From: Octopus sinensis
Lineage: Eukaryota
NCBI RefSeq assembly: GCF_006345805.1
Contig: NC_042999.1
Location: 47,244,001-47,308,000 of the forward strand
Direction of reading: 5' to 3'
Length of the DNA stretch: 64,000 bases
Program-made: the position numbers and the translations under genes
Shown here: positions 1-13,010 of the stretch, piece by piece
How the letters are laid out: the number at the start of each line of letters is the position of its first letter
Position numbering within the stretch: the stretch's first letter is position 1
Notes under the pieces: model-generated
What the model was told of the DNA's origin: nothing
The model's database searches: none
The model's input: only the letters and a program-made list of their open reading frames with translations

Positions 1-132
1 TGGTTCTGGGTTCAGTCCCACTGCACGGCACCTTGGGCAAGTGTCATCTACAATAGCCTCGAGCCAACAAAAGACTTCTGAGTGGATTTGGTAAACAGAA
101 ACTGAAAGAAGCCCGTCGTATATATGTATATG

Positions 133-171
<39 letters not shown>

Positions 172-385
172 TTTTGTGTCTGTGTTCGTGCCCCCCCATC
201 ATCGCTTGATAACCGTTGCTGGTGTGTTTATGTCCCCGTAAATTAGCGGCTCGGCAAAAGAGACTGATAGAATAAGTAATAGGCTTACAAAGAATAAGTC
301 CCGGGGTCGATTCACTCGACTAAAGGCGGTGCTCCAGCATGACCAAAATAAAATGACTGAAACAAATGAATGATTAAAAGAGAGA
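1..385 (+). mobile_element. tRNA-derived SINE (octopus-type family A), 5' end cut by window edge
   Basis: B-box GGTTCAGTCC, body 'ggcaccttgggcaagtg...actgaaagaagcccgtcg', internal (TA)n(TG)n, tail 'ggtgctccagcatg...aatgactgaaac'. Colinear with copies at 8693, 32608 and 44961. Confidence 0.85.
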
Positions 386-544
386 TAGTTGGTGTCACAT
401 TTTGACTATCTATATAGATAAGGTACTAAAATTTAAGATATAATTGCATAATACACGCATACGCAGACATACACATACACACAGAGGCGAACATATATTC
501 ATGTCTCTGTATGTCTCTTTCTGTCTTTGACTCTCGAATATATT

Positions 545-955
545 CCTTTATTCTTTTACTTATTTCAGCCATGTGATTAAAGTAATTTACTCGAAGAAAT
601 CAACTCCAGGATTTATGGTTTGTGAGCGTAGTACTCATTATATCAGTTTCATATGCCGAACCGCTAACTTACGTGTACATAAATACATCAGCATCGGTTG
701 TCAAGTGATGGCGAGTGGTGCGGGAACACGCACACAGAACACACACACACACACACGCACACACACAAACGCACACACGTATATATACATATACGACGTG
801 GTTCTTTTAATTTCCGTCTATTAAATCCACTAAAACGGCTTTGGTCGGCTCGTGGGTATAATAGAAGACAGACTCGCAAGTTGCCACACTGTAGGACTGT
901 ACTCAGAACTATGAATTTAGGATGAAACCTTCTTATGACAGAGCCACGACAGTGC
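545..955 (-). mobile_element. SINE family A, diverged copy
   Basis: Reverse complement matches the family A body ('ccgaaccgctaactt', 'catcggttgtcaag') with an internal (CA)n. Confidence 0.75.
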
Positions 956-965
956 CTATATTGTA

Positions 966-1050
<85 letters not shown>

Positions 1051-2804
1051 GTGTATATTTATTTATGTATATCTCCTTACTTCTCTCTCTCCCTATATAT
1101 ATATATATATAATATATATACACATACATATATATACACATGTGCAGATAGATAGGTGTGCACAAACCAAAGGGAACATATAAGTGTGAGAGATTAGAAG
1201 CACTCAGAAAGTCAACGCTGACGATGACACCATATGTCTTTTATAGTCATATATCTTGTAGAGCGGTAGTGATCGCGTGTCTCAGGAGGATATAAAGTAT
1301 CCATAATTTCTCTTGAAACAAGCCAAGAAAAGGTATGTTGCATGCACGTCACTAGGAAATGACAGGATATTTTTTTGCTTTTAATAAATGTGGAAATATT
1401 TAAATAATCTGCTAATTTCGGTAAGGACTTTTGGCAACATTGCTTTAAATTATATATACGTCGTTTTAATTAGTCAATCAATCTTACTATGCAGTCCAGA
1501 TTGTTTTCTGTCAAGACTGCATGTCTCAGATAATGAGTTTCATTCTAAAAGTAATGTTATAATTTATATGTTTGAAACTGATAAATGGTGAAATACTTTT
1601 CGAGACCATACTTAACCTTTACTTAGTTTTACAAACGAGGCTCCTGAAGAACATGACATTTTTAGTGCTAGATTATAATGAACGCATAATATAAGCTAAA
1701 CAAATTATATTAACCTTCAGATTTGCAGATTGTAACGATGTATGGACGGTCTTTTGATCCTCGAAAAGTAATTTCAATTTAATTATTGCAGGTATTTATG
1801 ATGGATTACAATTGACCGTCACAAGTTCTTATTTTGAAATACATAAAGCATATTCACTTATGCTATACGTCAAAATAAGCTAATATCCAGACGAATGCCA
1901 CCAAAACAGATGAAAGAAAAAACAATCGTCTATATCCTCTTCAAATCTTTATTTTCCCACTTAAGCGCAATATATGTATTTATAGAGGAAGCAAACAAGA
2001 GCATGCGATAGTTATTACTTTATTAAAGGAACTAGCGATGGGGAAGAAGAAGAAGAATGATGATTAAGAAAATTGAGAAGCGATTTGATCGTTACGCTCA
2101 TATAATTCTACTCCACTCTACTTCTACGTGTCTCTAATATGTTGTGATATCCAGAAAAAAAATAATGTCGTGTTTTTGATTGCATCAATATTATGGCAAG
2201 TAGAAACAGTGCACTTTGAAAAGAATATAACGTAGAAGTAAATTGTACTTTCTTTCTGTTACATTACTTTCTCTAAATCCGCCCATTTAGCTTTTGATTG
2301 TAAAAAAAGAAAAGAAGCAAAAAGAGAGTTTAATACAATTTTTCTTAAAGTAGATAAACTCTTGTTTAGTTTCAGCGGATTCTCTTACATTTCTGGTATA
2401 CAACATTAGCTTTGTTCACATAATTTAGGGACATCGGAATTACAACCCATTTCTTTCATCGACACTTGTCGCTATCGAACTTAACGAGTAAAGATATCAA
2501 TATAGAAACGCAGTTTGCTTGTACACTAGAGGCTAAATACGATCACATTGAAAATATAGATATATTGAAAAATGTATATATATATAAAACAGTTATATTG
2601 AAAATATATATATATATAAAACAATTATATTGAAAAAATATGTATATAACAAATATATTTTCACACTTAAGTCAGTGAAAATAATGATTTAAACTTGAAA
2701 ATATTGAATTTAACAAGACAAGAATATCGGGAAAGTAGATAAGTAGATGTTAGTTATAGATTGTAGAGCGTAAGAACGGTATAAAAGTGTGTGTATACAC
2801 TCAC

Positions 2805-2846
<42 letters not shown>

Positions 2847-3656
2847 ACTTTTGAGTCAACCAGGAGAAAATAAATTTCAAATCATATCTTGGACCATTTC
2901 ATAATCTAGATATAATGAGATATAATAAATACTATTGTAAATGTTATGACCTTGAAGTTCAGGAATATAAAAGAATTATTTTAGTGAACTGATGACAATT
3001 GCCAATATATTCTGAATATCTTACAACTACACTTAAAACGTATTTGAATGTATAAATATGGAACATATCCCAAAGCATTTTATGGTAATTCCGCTCTTCA
3101 CCAAATATAGAAAAGAATCGCATTTTTAATATTAGAAATTATATTTCAGCCATTTCTGGATACCGTTCAACAAAAAAATCAGTGAGAGAAACAAGGTTTA
3201 TTTCAAAATTTCTATAAATTGTGCTACTGCAATAAAGACTTGAGATACGGCCGCGATATGCAATTGAGAGCACGTCGTACGAAAACTTCTGCATTGACGC
3301 AAAGTACTAAATTGATCGACAACAAAACATTTCTAAATGTTTTCAAGTTACATGTCAAAAAATTTAGAATTAAACTGAAAAATAATAGATTCTATTACAG
3401 GGAAAATGGTGATATTAACTTCGAAATTTGATATATTATTTTTAGGGGCTACCGGGACTACGTATAATGAAAAGTAAATGTGATGTAGCCAGAGACGGAG
3501 ATGTAGACATGTTGGAAGGGCGTACAGAAGTAGGAGACAAAAATACTTGTGGGCATGAGTTGTAGTGAGTTATTTTATTAGATTTAATGTGCGAATCTTT
3601 TAACTGCTTAAGCTTTCACAAATCGTGAACATAAGTGAATATGTATTGATAAAAAC

Positions 3657-3870
3657 AGTAAGACAACAAAAGAAAGAAGAAGACTCGACATTATGTAAAT
3701 AGAGGAATTTATCTGTAAATCTAATATGTGACGATTATTTGGTAGCCATGATAAAACTCCGAGTTTCGGATGCCGAGGTGGAAATCAATGACGGCATCTC
3801 TTCAGTTATCCGTTCATCATACAATGCCATGAAAAAACGACCGTTAAACAAAGGTAAATTACTGTGTGTC
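3657..3870 (-). mobile_element. Hammerhead-bearing non-coding repeat (Penelope pLTR-like)
   Basis: Contains the HHR motif at 3750-3810 and abuts a ~530-bp (TA)n tract. Its end 'gtaagacaacaaaagaaagaa...gtaaatagaggaatttatct' recurs at 52514-52571. Confidence 0.6.
3750..3810 (-). ncRNA. Type I hammerhead ribozyme motif
   Basis: Minus strand reads GATAA-CTGAAGA-GATGCCG(16 nt)CGGCATC-C-GAAA-CTCGGAG-TT-TTATC: stem I GATAA/TTATC, intact core, 7-bp stem II, short stem III, GUU cleavage triplet. Confidence 0.75.
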
Positions 3871-3901
3871 CATATATATATATATATATATAATATATAT
3901 A

Positions 3902-3964
<63 letters not shown>

Positions 3965-4139
3965 ATATATATACTATATATATATATATATCTATATATA
4001 TATATATATATTATATATATATATATATATTATTATATATAATATATATTATATATAATATATATATTATAATATATAATATATATTATCTATTATATAT
4101 ATATATATTATTATATATATGTATATTATATATATATAT

Positions 4140-4171
<32 letters not shown>

Positions 4172-4233
4172 ATATATATTATATTATATATATATATATT
4201 ATATATATATATATATTATATATATATATATAT

Positions 4234-4280
<47 letters not shown>

Positions 4281-4290
4281 ATATTATATT

Positions 4291-4324
<34 letters not shown>

Positions 4325-4400
4325 CTAATATATATAATATATATATATATATATTATATATATATATATAATATATATATTAATATATATATATATATTA
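3871..4400. repeat. ~530-bp imperfect (TA)n microsatellite
   Basis: Direct reading of the sequence. Confidence 0.95.
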
Positions 4401-4402
4401 TA

Positions 4403-6771
4403 CTCGTCCTACTGAACATCAGAGGACTGCAAACACTCAGTAACAGGACAAAGATCCCGTTCCTGAGAGACTTTGTTGCATGCAATCAAGCTTATGCATA
4501 GCACTTACAGAAACGCACCTGAAACCGGACATAGCAGATGCGGAGTTACACATACCACAGTATGCTGTACTACGGACCGACAGGAAAGAAAGGAGTCATG
4601 GAGGTGTTGCTATGTACATCCGTGAGGACCTCACAACCCAGGTCTCTTGTCATATACTCAAACTCGGTGTGTGACACACTAATTGTACATATTAGGCAAC
4701 TTGATGTAGTTGTGTGTGCTACATATCGCCCTCGAGATGCCCAAGCCATGTGGGCAAGTTTGAAGACTGCCTTATAAAAATAGAAGAAATCTAACCACAT
4801 TAGAACAACACATAGGTGTGCTTCTTATGGGAGACTTCAATCTGCCCAATGTCAGATGGCCCGAGGCCTTTTTCTCTCCCAGGAATGACAAGATTTGAAC
4901 GAGGACAGGCGAGGTCCCTCCTGAACCTCATCAACACCCTGTACATGGAGCAGGTAATACTCCACCAACCAGGGCAGTAACACACTGGATCTCTGCTTCA
5001 CAAATGACATGGATCTCATCCATAATGTGAAAGTGACACCGACACTACTCTCGGATCACAACATGATAGAGCTGACCATGTACGGGCCAAAAGAGAGCAC
5101 GGACATGCAGCCTACAAGAACCCTCAAAATCTTTCTTTCCAGCTTGAACTACCATAAGGCAAACTGGAAACAAATTGAGAAAGAGATCCTCAAACAAAAC
5201 TGGCCTAAATGTCTCTCCTCGCCAGACATCGACGTGAAACTTCAACAATTCATGTCTGTAATGCAAGCCATATGCTACAAATGTGTCCCAGAGAGAAGGC
5301 CACTGTACACAAGAACAAAATCCCCAGAGAGAGGAAAATTTTAATGAGACGGCGTACGAAATTTTCAAATCGCCTAAACAAACAGATTGAAAGCAGTGAA
5401 AAGTCCCGCCTAAAAATAAAACTGTTGGAAATCGAAAAATGTCTGCAACTCTCCCATGAAAAAAAAAGACAGACAAGAAGCCTGGGCTATAGAAAACATA
5501 AAATCTAACCGCAGAGCTTTCTACAGGTATGCCAAAGAAACAGCTACAGTGCACACTGTAGATAGGGCCACTCCCGAAAAGGATGGCACACTTACAGGAA
5601 AACCAATGAGGGTAAGTGAAATACTGAATGAGCAATTCAAGAGTGTTTTCACTCCACCCCTTGGGCATCTCCAATCACCATCCAACTGACTTTTTACCAC
5701 TGCAGATATAAAATCAGAGGCGGCGACGATAGATTACATCGATATAAAGAAGACGATGTAACCAAGGCTATAGATGAAATGAAAACAGACTCAGCTACTG
5801 GTCCCGATGGATTCCCGGCAATCCTCCTAAAAGCATGTAAGAGAGTCCTAGCAAGACCACTGCAGTCCTCTTTCAGAGCTTCCTTGCAGCTGGCAAACTT
5901 CCAGGAAACTGAAGGAAGGTAAAATATGCCCCTTTCATAAAGGAGGTAGCAGAGCGGAAGCCAAGAACTATAGACCTATCTCTCTGACCTCACACATTCA
6001 GCAAGGTCATGGAACGAATAGTCAGAAGGAAGCTGATCACCTTCCTTGAAGGGAATGACTTGCTGCCCGACACCCAACATGGTTTTCCGACCAGGGAGAA
6101 GCTGTTTAAAACTCAGCTCCTACAACACTATGACTGGGTGCTGAAACGGCTGCTCAACCACTCAAATGTGGAAGTGATATATCTCGACTTTGCAAAGGCC
6201 TTTGATAAAGTCGATCATGGAATGATATGTCACAAACTGCGTGATCTCAACATAGTTTGAAAACTGGAGAATGGCTTCATGACTTTCTGAAGGATAGAAG
6301 TCAGGTGGTAGTAGCCAATGTGGCCACCCCTCCTTAACACACAAATAGTGAGCGGTGGTCCGCAGGGGACTGTTCTGGGACCACTACTGTTCATAATGGC
6401 CCTCTCAGACATGCCCTCAGCCACGCAGAGAGCCACGATCACAAGTTATGCAGATGATACAAAAGTTTCACAGGCAATACAGAACCCTGAGGACACTAAA
6501 CACCTGCAATGTGAGCTGGACGAAATATACAAGCTTTATACTATCAGCATGCAAAACTGAATGCAATACCCAATGAATACACTGGACCCGGAGGGATTGC
6601 AATCCCAGAGGCACAATCAGTGCGTGACCTGGGTATTCACATGAGTGATGACGCGACCTTTCATGTGCATGTTGCTAAACTGACAATGAAATGTAGACGG
6701 CTGTCTGGATGGATTCTTAGAACCTTTAGAACAAGAGAACAAGAAACCATGATGGTCCTCTGGAAGACACT
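4403..6771 (+). mobile_element. CR1/L2-like LINE ORF2 (APE endonuclease + reverse transcriptase), frameshifted, runs into gap
   Basis: Endonuclease motifs LLNIRGL, ALTETHL, GGVAMY, YRP, GDFN, SDH and RT motifs GPDGFP, NYRPISLT, QHGF, YLDFAKAFDKVDH, PQGTVLGPLLF, YADDTK, spread across shifting frames. Confidence 0.9.
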
Positions 6772-6871
6772 NNNNNNNNNNNNNNNNNNNNNNNNNNNNN
6801 NNNNNNNNNNNNNNNNNNNNNNNNNNNNNNNNNNNNNNNNNNNNNNNNNNNNNNNNNNNNNNNNNNNNNNN
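6772..6871. other. Assembly gap (100 N)
   Basis: Run of exactly 100 N, typical of a scaffolding join of unknown size. Confidence 0.98.
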
Positions 6872-7424
6872 TAACATATTCTACGTAATTTACAGTAGAA
6901 AGGAAAAAAATTCTTTCCCTTTTCGCTAATGCTACTATTTTAATTCAATTGAATATAGAATTTGAGACAGTGAGAAATGTGAGTAATGGTTAATATATTT
7001 ATTTAAAAATATACTCAAATACGCTATGCGAAAAGGTATTAATTTCTATTATAAGTTTGCAAAAAAGATGTTCTTCTTTGCTTCTGTGATGCCAATGAGG
7101 AATAATTTAATACTTTTGAAAACACCGAATGGAAGAAAGAATCTTGGTTATTTTGGGTAAACATGTAAACGCAATTCATATCTCATTCCGGAACTCTTCA
7201 TACATGCATATATATATATATATATATTTATATCTATATTCCTCTATTTATGTCTCGCGCTCTCTCGCTCTTTCTCTCTGTATCTCTCTCTATATATTTG
7301 TATGTATGTATATATATATATATAATATATATATATATATTATATATATATATATATTATATATATATATATTATATATATATATATATATATGCATATC
7401 TATATCTATGTAAATATATATGCA

Positions 7425-7459
<35 letters not shown>

Positions 7460-8692
7460 AGAGAAAGAGATAAGAGAGTGAGTCAGAATTCGTGTGAGGG
7501 CCAGAGGGGGAGAGTAAGGCATGGAAATGAGATACTATATCTGCGTTTGCCATTATTATACACCGTGTTTTCAAATGCGTCACTATTATTTACGCAAAAG
7601 AAGTTGGAAAGAAACATACCCATATGAGAATATGAAGTCCATTGTGAAATAAATTATAGCAATATTTTGTTGCCTTTATACACACTTGGGAGAGAAGTCC
7701 AATGTTTTAAACAATATAGCATAAAATTTTGAAGACGTTAACAAACGTAAAATTGTCTAAAGAAATGAAGATAATCAGAATTACATGTATTTCTATAGAA
7801 AATTGTCTTTTTATTATCCGCAAAGTAATTTTCAATACCCTTGGTATATTTCAATATAGAGAGTGTAAATTGTCCAAGCGTTCATTTGTGCATTTCATTG
7901 AATGATGTTTACCTTAGAGAGATGGAAAATTTCCGTTAGAACAAAACATCTTTTCTAAGACATAATAATTCAGCTAAGAATCTTTGCAACTGCGGCAGCA
8001 ATCAGATATCAACAACAAAAGCACCCTTCCCCACAACACCACCAACAGCTCGATTATCACATAAATAGGAATCAGAAATAGAAGCTGGTAATATATTTTA
8101 TGCATTGCATCAGCTGATTCATATCTGCATTTTCACCATCGTTTTTATACACGTAAAACATATGTGCAGATGCTTTAATATTCCTTTGTCTGACAGTAAA
8201 TCCTTAAAAGAAATCGGTCTCATTGTCGTTTCGAAGCAAAGCTTACAACAGAGAATTGGTTATCCAAAACGCAGCGCCCCAAGCTCTGCTTATGTATTCG
8301 GAAGCTGTAACAGCTAAATGGCATATCAAAATTTGTCTATCTACCTGCCCGTTCGTACCACAGATAGTTATAGCTATGAAATGCTACTGTATTCTGAGAA
8401 GTGTTAATTAACACCCGCTTAAGTTTTCAAATAGTGTCGACATTAATATGCGATATGATATATGAAATATTGTCTATTGTTACATGTATACGTGTACTAT
8501 TTTATTTTCCACCTCGTTTGCAGGTTGCTAGCTTTCACTACGGAATAATAAGGCATAAATTCATGTTTTGAGCAGACCATACCAACCGCATATTTATTTT
8601 ATAATTCACAGAGATCTATGATTGTGTGGATTTTTCAAGCGTGCAATTCTGAGTAGACGTGTAGCGAACCAACAGATTTACGTTAATATATA

Positions 8693-8923
8693 CTCTTTTA
8701 CTCTTTTTCTTGTTTCAGTCATTTGACTGTGGCCGTGCTGGAGCACCGCCTTTAGTCGAGCATATCGACCCCAGGACTTATTCTTTGTAAGCCTGGTACT
8801 TATTCCACCGGCCTCTTTTTTGCCGAACCGCTAAGTTGCGGGAACATAAACACACCAGCATCGGATGTCAAGCGATGTTGGGGGACAAACACAGACACAC
8901 AAACAACACACACACGCACGCAC

Positions 8924-8960
<37 letters not shown>

Positions 8961-9122
8961 CATATATATACACATGAGAGTCTTCTTTCTGTTTCCGTCT
9001 ACCGAATCCACTTTGGTCCGCCCGAGACAATAGAACAAGACACTTGCCCAAGGTGCCACGCAGAGGGACTGAACCCGGAACCATATGGTTGGTAAGGAAG
9101 CTACTTACCACACAGCCACTTC
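8693..9122 (-). mobile_element. SINE family A, near full length
   Basis: Reverse complement shows A-box-like TGGCTGTGTGG, B-box GGTTCAGTCC, internal microsatellite and tail 'atgactgaaacaag'. Confidence 0.9.
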
Positions 9123-10128
9123 TATGACTACATGAATATATCTTTTATTCGCTTGGACTTAAAAAAAGCAATGTCTGCATTTATGTATTTGCCTATGTCT
9201 ATCTCTTTCTATCTATATGTACACATACGTACCTACATATAGGTCTAACTATATGTGTATATATATATATACATATACATATACACGCACACACAAACAG
9301 ACTCAAATACACACACATGGGCGGGAGTGTTACAACATTGGGGAATTCGTTCGTGAATGAAATATATTGGGGATGTTTCGATAGTTTTTGTGCCGGAATT
9401 ATGCATTCCGCATTATTTGAGATTCCGACGTCCGAAGTTTTCGCTTCACCAGATATTCATGTATGGGTATTTAGATATATATCAGTATTAGTGTAACGGA
9501 TATTATTCCTACTATTCCGTCTGTGTCACAAACTGTTCATTACCATAATCAGATACCCAGTGTTCTGTATTTCCTATCTATATTAATCTTATATATGGAC
9601 ATAACTTCATTATGTTGAGAAATATATCTTTAATATTATTGTAACCAATAAGAACATACTTTTCAGGTTATAATATAACTTCAACCCATTCATTATTAAG
9701 TTGTATCAGGATATATGAGACGTGTAGTACAAAATATGATAAAGAACATAAAATTATAGGTGCATATCAATATTTGTTATGACTATATTTCCTGCAATAT
9801 GTGAAGAAGTCGAAGAATTTCTCGAGAAACATGAATATATGGAGAAATTCCTTTGCATTTGGATTTTTTTTAAATATTCTTAGCTGTGGAATCTTATATT
9901 TCAAAATCTGTCAATATTGTATGAGCGTATGTTCTATAAAGATTACGCAGAATGTTGATTAATTAAACATTCCTAATTAAATTCTAAAATGAGGAAAATA
10001 ATTTCAAAGTACTCAATTAATGCAACAGTTTTACATGAAGTCAAAGTGGGAGTTGAGCTGGGGGCTGAGAGTTATAGGAATTATCTTGAAAAAATATCAA
10101 GCATTTATAAAATTAAATGCTACTTTAC

Positions 10129-10173
10129 CTGTTCTATCCAGACATTTGTTGTCAGCACTTGGTTAACTTCATC
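10129..10173 (-). CDS. Internal 45-bp exon of a nicotinic acetylcholine receptor-type (Cys-loop LGIC) subunit: DEVNQVLTTNVWIEQ
   Basis: Minus strand reads 'tttctttatctattctcttccacag|GATGAAGTTAACCAAGTGCTGACAACAAATGTCTGGATAGAACAG|gtaaag'. It has a polypyrimidine acceptor and GT donor, is phase 0/0, and matches the conserved 45-nt DE(K/V)NQ.LTTN.W exon of nAChR genes. Confidence 0.88.
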
Positions 10174-11964
10174 CTGTGGAAGAGAATAGATAAAGAAATT
10201 GTTATTTAGTGCAATCAATGGTAATAAATTGATAATCTCTAGAATCTATTATATAAAATTTAATTGATTAACTGCATAATCAATCATATGGCTTCCGGAT
10301 AACATTCACTTTTATCAGAACTATAATTTATGCTAAGATAGAATTTTTCTAGCACTCAAAATGATAGCCAATCTTTTTACGATTTTAATTTCTTTGGTGT
10401 TAGATGTTAAAAATAATCATTTAGAAAATGTCACCGCTGAATCATTGTGCAAACTTTGCTGTTATATCCTATTTCAGGGCAAAACATATTGAAATAATGT
10501 AAATTAATCGATAATACAAGACAGATTCATTTATGCTTTTGTTTTCATAATTAACGTTTCCTATAAAATTTTTCAAAATTTTCGTTTCGGAAGTTCAACG
10601 ATACCTTACATTAATACTTTTTGATCTTGAATTTACCTTCAGGATTTCGCAAAGAAATAAATACCTTCTCTGTATTGTATCTTTCATTGGCATTGCTGAA
10701 CTCGATGGAATACAACATGATTTAATTTATCTTATTAGTTTATCGAAGTACTGGAGGGTGGTAGCAACCAAGTTATTGGTTGGCATCACCGTGAAGTTAA
10801 GCGAATAGGAGTGACGTTCATCTTCAACTGGTGTAGACTAATGTTTATTGAACATACTCATCCACGGACTGATTTTCTTTTCTGAGGAGTTGTGAAGACG
10901 AAGTATTGGATAAAGTAAATACACGTGCACAGAGTGTGTTAGAATATTTCAAAAGTAATTTTAGGTACACTAAATGATGAAATTAGTAAAAAATCTTGAT
11001 TGCAGGTTAGTCGATTAGTATGTAGCCAAATTTTGACGAGCTGGCAGGTAGTTTTTGTTTGTATATGTAAAAGCGCTCTATCTCTGATATGTAAAGAGCA
11101 ATATAGTTCTACGAGTTTTTTATAGAGTAGCGTATTACACCGGATGTGCTATCCGGTTCATAATAGTATATGTGGTAGTAATTAAATATTTATTTCTAAT
11201 TTGGAGATTATATAATTTCTAATTATAAGACTTGTTAATTATTAAACATTTAGAAATTTGTATATGCGAGTTGTATTTAATGCAAGATATTTGTCTGATA
11301 TCTATTGCAACTGAGTGTTAGTTTTCTGAAAGGCAATAGCAGAAGCGCTTCTCCGAATTTCGGATATTTTCAAAAAAGAATAAAAACTATAAAAAAATAT
11401 AGAAGAAAGCATACAATTTAAAAATAAAATGTTTATGTTAATTGTAACTATCCAATATATTCTGAATATTAATGAGAAGGAAAGCTTGATATCCGATATG
11501 AAACGGTATGGAAGTAGTTTATTCTACTGAAAGTAGATCTAAAATCTGAGTCATCTGACAATAGGTATCAAGATGACTACGAAACAATGAGGGAGTTTCC
11601 GGAGTCTATTTACATGAAATAATAGCACCCAAAGCTCTCTACATGCTTCAATAATCAAATAATGTGGCCCTAAGTGTCCGTAAAAAGATGGGTTTGTCAT
11701 ACTTTGAATGAGTATAATCAAATGTGTGCTTAATTATGAACTTGGACCAGAAGAACAACGAAAATATTGTCTGACTAAATACCATTTATCTTGTTAAGTG
11801 CAATGAAAAAATTTCTAAGATGGCTATCTGCAGAATTTGTTGTCCGATTCGAATAAAAGTAAACAATGCCATACATAACTGTTACCTTGGTTGAGGCACT
11901 AAAAATTAGAGATTGAGATATTCTGGAGTCTAGTTATCACCTGATATTCTGTATAATATAATAC

Positions 11965-12170
11965 GGTGAGTCGGCGGAAACCTCAACCCGCCGACAAGTT
12001 CTTAGCGGCGTCTCACCTGTATTTACGTTCTGAGTTCAAATGCCGCTAAAGTCGACATTGAAAGCATCTTTCTTTCGAAGTTAATAAAACAAAGTCTCAG
12101 TCGATGATAACAACTCACCCTCTCCATTAAACTTTCAAGCCTGGTGTATATAATTGAAAGGGTATTCTGT
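11965..12170 (+). mobile_element. tRNA-derived SINE family B, degenerate
   Basis: Head 'ggtgagtcggcggaa...ttacgttctgagttcaaatgccg...gtcgac' with a B-box-like GAGTTCAAAT. Related pieces at 28180-28385(-), 36068-36115(+) and 57260-57410(-). Confidence 0.6.
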
Positions 12171-12684
12171 ATATTATGATACAATATAACATAATGTTAT
12201 ATATGTATATTTTATATTAAGAAAAAGAGGAAAATACTTAAATAGCTTAAGTTTTCAACACGACTGCATAAAGCGATGATATTTGTCTCCATTTTGGATA
12301 CAATCTATGTCTCGAGATTTTGTGCTTATTTAAAATCGAGACGAGCACCTTGCTTCCATATGATCGGCTTGAAAAATTGTTAAGATATTAAGAATTTTTT
12401 TTATCTTTACTTGAAATCAATGGTAACATTAATTCACAAATAACGTAATTTTATCCACCAATGCATGCGTGAGTATACGTTTTCATCGTCCTACATTTAC
12501 GTATACATATATATGCATACGGAAAAGCAAGCCGTGATGCAGTACGACTATTTCAAGCGGCTACATATAATTGAACAAATTGTAGCCAGTCGAGCACATA
12601 AATATAATATTTTAACAGAGCAAGAAGATGGAAGAAATCCAAGTTGTCGCTATTCTAGCTAAGAATAGACTACGCTTCCAAGAA

Positions 12685-12817
12685 AGTAGTATTTATTCTA
12701 TCGGTCTCTTTTGCCGAACCGCTAAGTTACAGGGACTTAAACACATCAGCAACTGTTGTCAAGCGATGTTGGGGGGACAAACACAGACACACAAACATAC
12801 ACACACACATACATACA

Positions 12818-12881
<64 letters not shown>

Positions 12882-13010
12882 ATATACATGTATACAACGG
12901 GCTTCTTTCAGTTTCTGTCTTCGAAATCCACTCCCAAGTCTTTGGCCGGCCCGAGGCTATAGTAGAAGACACTTGCCCAAGGTGCCACGCAGTGGGACTG
13001 AACCTGAATT
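12685..13010 (-). mobile_element. SINE family A, partial
   Basis: Contains 'gacacttgcccaaggtgccacgcagtgggactgaacc' and the family body with (CA)n(TA)n. Confidence 0.85.

Noticed and set aside
2560-2650. Three ~32-bp AT-rich tandem units; also three ~26-bp units at 49625-49700
   Set aside because: Simple local minisatellites with no unique spacers and a eukaryotic context; not CRISPR.
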